64,000 nt of DNA from Squalus acanthias (lineage: Eukaryota). Made by a program: the position numbers and the translations under genes. This document shows, one piece after another, positions 56,422 to 64,000 of this stretch (its first letter is position 1; the number at the start of each line of letters is the position of its first letter). The stretch lies in NCBI GenBank assembly GCA_030390025.1, contig CM059431.1:114206001-114270000 (forward strand), in the 5' to 3' direction. Below the pieces are notes generated by a model. That model was given only the letters and a program-made list of their open reading frames with translations. It did not search any database and was not told where the DNA came from.

Positions 56422-57792
56422 ACTGTAATGTACAGGCATTGATTGCAGGTACCTGTAATATACAGGGGCTGAGTGCAGGTACCTGTAATGTACAGGCATT
56501 GACTGCAGGTACCTGTAATGTAGTGGCATTGAGTGAAGGGACTTGTAATGTACAGGCATTGAGTGCAGGTTTCAGTGATACATAGTCACTGAATACAGGT
56601 ACCTTTAGTGTACATCATTGACTGCAGGTACCTGTAATGTACAGGCATTGAGTGCAGATAACGGTAATATAGAGTCATTGAGTGCTGGTACCTGTAACAT
56701 GCAGGGATTGAGTTCAGGTACCTGTAATGTACAGGCATTGAGTGCAGGTAACTGTATTGTACAGGCGTTGAGCGCAGGTACCTGTAATGTACCAGCATTG
56801 AATGCAGGTGCCAGTAATGTATAGGCAGTGAGTGCAGGTGTCAGTAATATATAGTCACTGAATGCAGGTACCTCTAGTGTACAGGCATTGACTGCAGGTA
56901 CCTGTACTGTACAGGCATTGAGTGCAGATAACGGTAATATAGAGGCATTGAGTGCTGGTACCTGTAACATACAGGCATTGCGTTCAGGTACCTGTAATGT
57001 ACAGGCATTGAGTGCAAGTACCTGTAATATGCAGACATTGAGTGCCGGTACCTGTAATGCAGTGGCATTGAGTGAAGGGACTTGTACTGTACCGGCATTA
57101 AGTGCAGGTGCCAGTAATGTATAGGCAGTAAATGCAGGTACCTGTAATGTACAGGCATTGAGTGCAGGTGTCAGTAATATATAGTCACTGAATGCAGGTA
57201 CCTCTAGTGTACAGGCATTGACAGCAGGTACCTGTAATGTACAGGCATTGAGTGCAGATAACGGTAATATAGAGGCATTGAGTGCTGGCACCTGTAACAT
57301 GCAGGGATTGAGTTCAGGTACCTGTAATGTACAGGCATTGAGTGCAGATAACTGTATTGTACAGGCGTTAATGCAGGTACCTGTAATGTACAGGTATTGA
57401 GTGTAAGTACCTGTAATATACAGGCATTTACTGCAGGTACCTGTAATGTACAGGCATTGATTGCAGGTACCTGTAATATACAGGCACTGAGTGCAGGTAC
57501 ATGTAATATACTGGCATTGAGTGCAGGTAACTGTAATGTACAGGCATTGATTGCAGCTACCTGTAATGTACAGGCATTGAGTGCAGATACCTGTAATGTA
57601 CAGGCATTGAGTGCAGGTACCTGTAATGTACAGGCATTGACTGCAGGTACCTGTAATATACAGGCATTGAGTGCAGGTACATGTTATTTTCAGGCATTGT
57701 GTGCAGGTACTGTAATGCACAGGGATTGAGTGCGGGGACCTGTAATATACAGGCATTGCATGCAGGTACCTGTAATGTACAGGCATTGAGTG
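56228..57792 (+). repeat. Third copy of block 11214-12778 (offset 45,014; 5,692 bp upstream of the copy at about 61920)
   Basis: ORFs 11285/56299/61991, 11572/56586/62278 and 12383/57397/63089. Confidence 0.9.
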
Positions 57793-60700
57793 CAGGTACC
57801 TGTAACATGCAGGGATTGAGTTCAGGTACCTGTAATGTACAGGCATTTAGTGCAAGTACCTGTAATATACAGGCATTTACTGCAGGTACCTGTAATGTAC
57901 AGGCATTGATTGCAGGTACCTGTAATATACAGGCACTGAGTGCAGGAACCTGTAATATACAGGCACTGAGTGCAGGTACATGAAATATACTGGCATTGAG
58001 TGCAGCTACCTGCAATTTACAGGGATTGAGTGCAGGTACCTGTATTATTCAGGCATTGATTGCATGTACCTGTAATATACAAGCATTGAGTGCAGATAGC
58101 TGTAATATACAGGCATTGAGCAAAGTTGCCTGTAATATACAGGCATTGGATGCAATTACCTGTAATGTACAGGCATTGAGCGCAGGTAACTGTAATGTAG
58201 AGGCATTGATTGCAGGTACTGGTAATTTACAGGAATTGAGTGCAGGTACCTGTAATATACAGGCATTGAGTGCAGGTAACTGTAATGTACAGGCATTGAT
58301 TGCAGGTACTGGTAATTTTGCAGGAATTGAGTGCAGGTACCTGTAATGTACAGGCATTGAGTGCAGGTAACTGTAACTTACAGGAATTGAGTGCATGTAC
58401 TTGTAATATATAGGCACTGAGTACAGGTAAATGTAATATACTGGCATTGAGTGCAGGTAACTGTAATGTAGAGGCATTGATTGCAGGGACTTGTAATGTA
58501 CCGGCATTGAATGCAGGTGCCAGTAATGTATAGGCAGTGAATGCAGGTGTCAGTAATATATAGTAACTGAATGCAGGTACCTCTAGTGTACAGCCAATGA
58601 CTGCAGGTACCTGTACTGTACAGGCATTGAGTGCAGATAACGGTAATATAGAGGCATTGAGTGCTGGTACCTGTAACATGCAGGCATTGAGTTCAGGTAC
58701 CTGTAATGTACAGGCATTGAGTGCAAGTACCTGTAATATGCAGGCATTGCGTGCAGGTACCTGTAATGTAGTGGCATTGAGTGAAGGGACTTGTAATGTA
58801 CAGGCATTGAGTGCAGGTGCCAGTAATGTATAGGCAGTGAATGCAGGTACCTGTAATGTAGTGGCATTGAGTGAAGGGACTTGTACAGGCATTGAGTGCA
58901 GGTTTCAGTAATATATAGTCACTGAATAGAGGTACCTCTAGTGAACAGGCATTGACTGCAGGTACCTGTAATGTACAGGCATTGAGAGCAGATAACGGTA
59001 ATATAGAGTCATTGAGTGCTGGTACCTGTAACATGCAGAGATTGAGTTCAGGTACCTGTAATGTACAGGCATTGAGTGCAGGTAACTGTATTGTACAGGC
59101 GTTGAGCGCAGGTACCTGTAATGTACAGGCATTGAGTGCAAGTACCTGTAATATACAGGCATTTCTGCAGGTAACTGTAATGTACAGGCATTGATTGCAG
59201 GTACTGGTAATTTACAGGAATTGAGTGCAGGTACCTGTAATGTACAGGCATTGAGTGCAGGTAACTGTAACTTACAGGAATTGAGTGCATGTACTTGTAA
59301 TATAGAGGCACTGAGTACAGGTAAATGTAATATACTGGCATTGAGTGCAGGTAACTGTAATGTAGAGGCATTGATTGCAGGTACATGTAATATACTGGCA
59401 TTGAGTTCAGGTAACTGTAATGTACAGGCATTGATTGCAGGTACCTGTAATATACAGGCACTGAGTGCAGGTACATGTAATATACTGGCATTGAGTGCAG
59501 GTAACTGTACTGTAGAGGCATTGATTGCAGATACCTGTAATTTACAGGTATTGAGTGCTGGTACCAGTAACGTACAGGCATTGAGTGCAGGTACCTGCAA
59601 TTTACAGGGATTGAGTGCAGGTACCTATATTATTCAGGCATTGATTGCAGGTACCTGTAATATACAAGCATTGAGAGCAGGTACCTGTAATATACAGGCA
59701 TTGAGTGCAGATAGCTGTAATATACAGGCATTGAGCACAGTTGCCTGTAATATACAGGCATTGGATGGAATTACCTGTAATGTACAGGCATTAAGTGCAG
59801 GTAACTGTAATGTAGAGGCATTGATTGCAGATAACTGTATTTTACAGGAATTGAGTGCAGGTACCTATAATGTACAGGCATTGAGTGCAGGTAACTGTAA
59901 TGTACAGGCATTGATTGCAGGTACCTGTAATTTACAGGAATTGAGTGCAGGTACCTGTAATGTACAGGCGTTGAGCGCAGGTACCTGTAATGTACAGGCA
60001 TTGAGTGCAAGTACCTGTAACATGCAAGCATTGAGTTCAGGTACCTGTAATATACAGGCATTGATTGCAAGTACCTGTAATATGCAGGCATTGAGTGCAG
60101 GTACCTGTAATGTAGTGGCATTGAGTGAAGGGTCTTGTAATGTACAGGCATTGAGTGCAGGCTTCAGTACTATATAGTCACTGAATACAGGTACCTCTAG
60201 TGTACAGGCATTGAGTTCAGGTACCTGTAATGTCCAGGCATTGAGTGCAGATAACAGTAATATAGAGGCATTGAGTGCTGGTACCTGTAATGTACAGGCC
60301 TTGAGTGCAGATAATGGTAATATAGAGGCATTGAGTGCTGGTACCTGTAACATGCAGGGATTGAGTTCAGGTACCTGTAATGTACAGGCATTGAGTGCAA
60401 GTACCTGTAATATACAGGCATTTACTGGAGCTACCTGTAATGTACAGGCATTGATTGCAGGTACCTGTAATATACACGCACTGAGTGCAGTTGCCCGTAA
60501 TATGCAGGCATTGGATGCAATTACCTGTAATGTACAGGCATTGAGTGCAGGTAACTGTACTATAGAGGCATTGATTGCAGGTACCTGTAACTTACAGGAA
60601 TTGAGTGCAGGTACCTGTAATGTACAGGCATTGAGTGCAGATAATGGTAATACAGAGGCATTGAGTGCTGGTACCTGTAACATGCAGGGATTGAGTTCAG

Positions 60701-63700
60701 GTACCTGTAATGTACAGGCATTGAGTGCAGGTAACTGTACTGTAGAGGCATTGATTGCAGGTACCTGTAACTTACAGGAATTGAGTGCAGGTACCTGTAA
60801 TGTACAGGCATTGAGTGCAGGTAACTGTAATGTACAGACATTGATTGCAGGTACCTGTAATTTACAGGAATTGAGTGCAGGTACCTGTAATCTACAGGCA
60901 TTGAGTGCAGGTAACTGTAATGTACAGGCATTGATTGCAGGTATCTGTAACTTACAGGAATTGAGTGCAGGGACTTGTAATGTACCGGCATTGAATGCAG
61001 GTACCTGTAATGTGCAGGCATTGAGTGCAAGTACCTGTAATATACAAGCATTTACTGCAGGTACCTGTAATGTACAGGCCTTGAGTGCAGATAACGGTAA
61101 TATAGAAGCATTGAGTGCTGGTACCTGTAACATGCAGTCATTGAGTTCAGGTACCTGTAATGTAGAGGCATTGATTGCAGGTAACTGTACTGTAGAGGCA
61201 TTGATTGCAGGTACCTGTAATTTACAGGTATTGAGTGCTGGTACCTGTAATGTACAGGCATTGAGTGCAGGTACCAGCAATTTACATGGATTGAGTGCAG
61301 GTACCTGTATTATTCAGGCATTGATTGCATATAGCTGTAATATACAGGCATTGAGCACAGTTGCCTGTAATATACAGGTGTTGGATGCAATTACCTGTAA
61401 TGTACAGGCATTTAGCGCAGGTAACTGTAATGTAGAGGCATTGATTGCAGGTACCTGTAATTTACAGGAATTGGGTGCAGGTAACTGTAATGTAGAGGCA
61501 TTGATTGCAGGTGCCAGTAATGTATAGGCAGTGAATGCAGGTGCCAGTAATATATAGTCACTGAATGCAGGTACCTGTACTGTACAGTCATTGAGTGCAG
61601 ATAATGGTAATATAGAGGCATTGAGTGCTGGTACCTGTAACATGCAGGGATTGAGTTCAGGAACCTGTAATGTACAGACATTGAGTGCAGGAAACTGTAT
61701 TGTACAGGCGTTGAGTGCAGATACCTGTAATATACAGGCATTTACTGCAGGTACCTGTAATTTACAGGCATTGATAGCAGGTACCTGTAATATACAGGCA
61801 CTGAGTGCAGGTACATGTAATATACTGGCATTGAGTGCAGGTAACTGTAATGTAGAGACATTGATTGCAGGTACCTGTAACTTACAGGAATTGAGTGCAG
61901 GTACCTGCAATTTACAGGGATTGAGTGCAGGTACCTGTAATATACAGGTATTGAGCACAGTTGCCTGTAATATACAGGCATTGGATGCAATTACCTGTAA
62001 TGTACAGGCATTAAGCACAGGTAACTGTAATGTAGAGGCATTGATTGCAGGTACCTGCAATTTACAGGAATTGAGTGCAGGTACCTGTAATGTACAGGCA
62101 TTGAGTGCAGGTAACTGTAATGTACAGGCATTGATTGCAGGTACCTGTAATATACAGGGGCTGAGTGCAGGTACCTGTAATGTACAGGCATTGACTGCAG
62201 GTACCTGTAATGTAGTGGCATTGAGTGAAGGGACTTGTAATGTACAGGCATTGAGTGCAGGTTTCAGTGATACATAGTCACTGAATACAGGTACCTTTAG
62301 TGTACATCATTGACTGCAGGTACCTGTAATGTACAGGCATTGAGTGCAGATAACGGTAATATAGAGTCATTGAGTGCTGGTACCTGTAACATGCAGGGAT
62401 TGAGTTCAGGTACCTGTAATGTACAGGCATTGAGTGCAGGTAACTGTATTGTACAGGCGTTGAGCGCAGGTACCTGTAATGTACCAGCATTGAATGCAGG
62501 TGCCAGTAATGTATAGGCAGTGAGTGCAGGTGTCAGTAATATATAGTCACTGAATGCAGGTACCTCTAGTGTACAGTCATTGACTGCAGGTACCTGTACT
62601 GTACAGGCATTGAGTGCAGATAACGGTAATATAGAGGCATTGAGTGCTGGTACCTGTAACATACAGGCATTGCGTTCAGGTACCTGTAATGTACAGGCAT
62701 TGAGTGCAAGTACCTGTAATATGCAGACATTGAGTGCCGGTACCTGTAATGCAGTGGCATTGAGTGAAGGGACTTGTACTGTACCGGCATTAAGTGCAGG
62801 TGCCAGTAATGTATAGGCAGTAAATGCAGGTACCTGTAATGTACAGGCATTGAGTGCAGGTGTCAGTAATATATAGTCACTGAATGCAGGTACCTCTAGT
62901 GTACAGGCATTGACAGCAGGTACCTGTAATGTACAGGCATTGAGTGCAGATAACGGTAATATAGAGGCATTGAGTGCTGGTACCTGTAACATGCAGGGAT
63001 TGAGTTCAGGTACCTGTAATGTACAGGCATTGAGTGCAGGTAACTGTATTGTACAGGCGTTAATGCAGGTACCTGTAATGTACAGGTATTGAGTGTAAGT
63101 ACCTGTAATATACAGGCATTTACTGCAGGTACCTGTAATGTACAGGCATTGATTGCAGGTACCTGTAATATACAGGCACTGAGTGCAGGTACATGTAATA
63201 TACTGGCATTGAGTGCAGGTAACTGTAATGTACAGGCATTGATTGCAGCTACCTGTAATGTACAGGCATTGAGTGCAGATACCTGTAATGTACAGGCATT
63301 GAGTGCAGGTACCTGTAATGTACAGGCATTGACTGCAGGTACCTGTAATATACAGGCATTGAGTGCAGGTACATGTTATTTTCAGGCATTGTGTGCAGGT
63401 ACTGTAATGCACAGGGATTGAGTGCGGGGACCTGTAATATACAGGCATTGCATGCAGGTACCTGTAATGTACAGGCATTGAGTGTAGGTACATGTATTTT
63501 ATAGGAATTGAGTGCAGGAAACTTTAATGTACAGGCATTGAGCGCAGGTACCTTTAGTATAATGGCATTGAGTGCAGTTACCTGTAATGTTCAGGCACTG
63601 AATGCAGGTACATGTAGTGTACAGGCATTGAGTGCAGGTACCTAATATACAGGCATTGCGTACAGGTACCTGTTATATACAGGCATTGAGTGCAGGTACC

Positions 63701-64000
63701 TGTAGTGTACAGGCATTGAGTGCAAGTACTTGTCTTATGAAGGCATTTTGTACAGGTACCTGTAATGTTTAGGCATTGAGTGCAGGTACCTGTAATTTCA
63801 GGCATTGAGTGCAGGAACCTGCAATTTACAGGCATTGAGTGCAGTTACATGTATTATTCAGTCATTGAGTGCAGGTGACTGTAAAATACAGGCATTGAGT
63901 GCAAGTACCTGTTATATACAGGCATTGAGTGCAGGCATCTGTATTGTACAGTCATTGAGTGCAGTTACCTGAAATATACTGGCATTGAATGCAGGTACTT
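57776..64000 (+). repeat. Near-identical direct copy of 7070-13294 (offset 50,706 bp), runs off the window end
   Basis: ORFs 8485/59191, 9505/60211 and 12872/63578 are identical at offset 50706. Rare indels are shared, e.g. ACTTGTACAGG, GCATTTCTGCAGG, GTACATCATTG. Confidence 0.95.

Larger units (their letters stand above)
1..64000 (+). repeat. 30-bp tandem satellite array, about 2,130 monomers, consensus GCAGGTACCTGTAATRTACAGGCATTGAGT, extends past both window edges
   Basis: Every 60-nt line holds two diverged copies of the same 30-mer in the same orientation. Phase shifts only at small indels. No non-repeat sequence seen. Confidence 0.99.

Noticed and set aside
235..63835. Hundreds of ORFs up to 501 aa (e.g. 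23911-25416 -, 9159-10574 -, 9505-10821 +) encoding 10-aa repeats AGTCNVQALS, LNACTLQVPA, SMPVHYRYLH and TQCLYITGTC
   Set aside because: The 30-bp consensus is stop-free in one + frame and all three - frames, so overlapping ORFs are expected. They overlap on both strands, are broken by stops and frameshifts, change peptide register mid-ORF and have no unique domains. Transcript, ribosome-profiling or dN/dS evidence would be needed to reconsider.
1..64000. CRISPR array (about 30-bp partly palindromic repeats)
   Set aside because: Repeats are head-to-tail with no unique spacers, vary between copies, and have no leader or cas genes.
1..64000. Diversity-generating or antigenic-variation cassette library
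   Set aside because: There is no expression locus, recombinase or reverse transcriptase. Variation affects all bases and is inherited in duplicated blocks, as expected for satellite turnover.
1..64000. Splice-site-like CAG|GTA and TGCAG|G motifs in each monomer
   Set aside because: They are part of the palindrome; there are no polypyrimidine tracts or exon-like unique sequence.
1..64000. Inversion or strand switch within the array, transposon insertion, telomeric repeats, tRNA/rRNA
   Set aside because: GGCATTGAGT-type orientation is kept throughout. I saw no reverse-oriented monomers and no non-satellite segment.
7070..64000. The two 50.7-kb-spaced copies as LTRs of a giant element
   Set aside because: Both copies and everything between them are the same satellite. 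No coding region, terminal motifs or target-site duplication are identifiable.

Overview
The whole 64-kb window is one uninterrupted, single-orientation tandem satellite array of about 2,130 monomers of a 30-bp unit (consensus GCAGGTACCTGTAATRTACAGGCATTGAGT). I found no unique sequence, genes, RNA genes, transposons or CRISPR spacers. All ORFs in the track are by-products of the monomer being a multiple of 3 and stop-free in 4 of 6 frames. The structure that is present is architectural. (1) The monomer carries three dyad (inverted-repeat) elements, two of which overlap, plus a 17+13-bp internal sub-repeat, and has no CpG. (2) Diverged monomers occur in ordered cycles of roughly 270-390 bp that define at least two subfamilies. 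(3) A young, near-identical higher-order repeat (HOR) of 5,599 bp is present in 5 tandem copies at 22,346-48,148 (5599/5538/5359/3681/5599 bp), differing mainly by in-register deletions. (4) A 2,786-bp tandem duplication, a >=6.2-kb near-identical block repeated 50,706 bp away, and several 60-449-bp local duplications surround the HOR. The block order on the right roughly mirrors that on the left, although every block is in direct orientation. This resembles eukaryotic satellite/heterochromatin with layered expansion. The organism and any function cannot be determined from sequence alone, and I do not see evidence for a novel protein-coding system.
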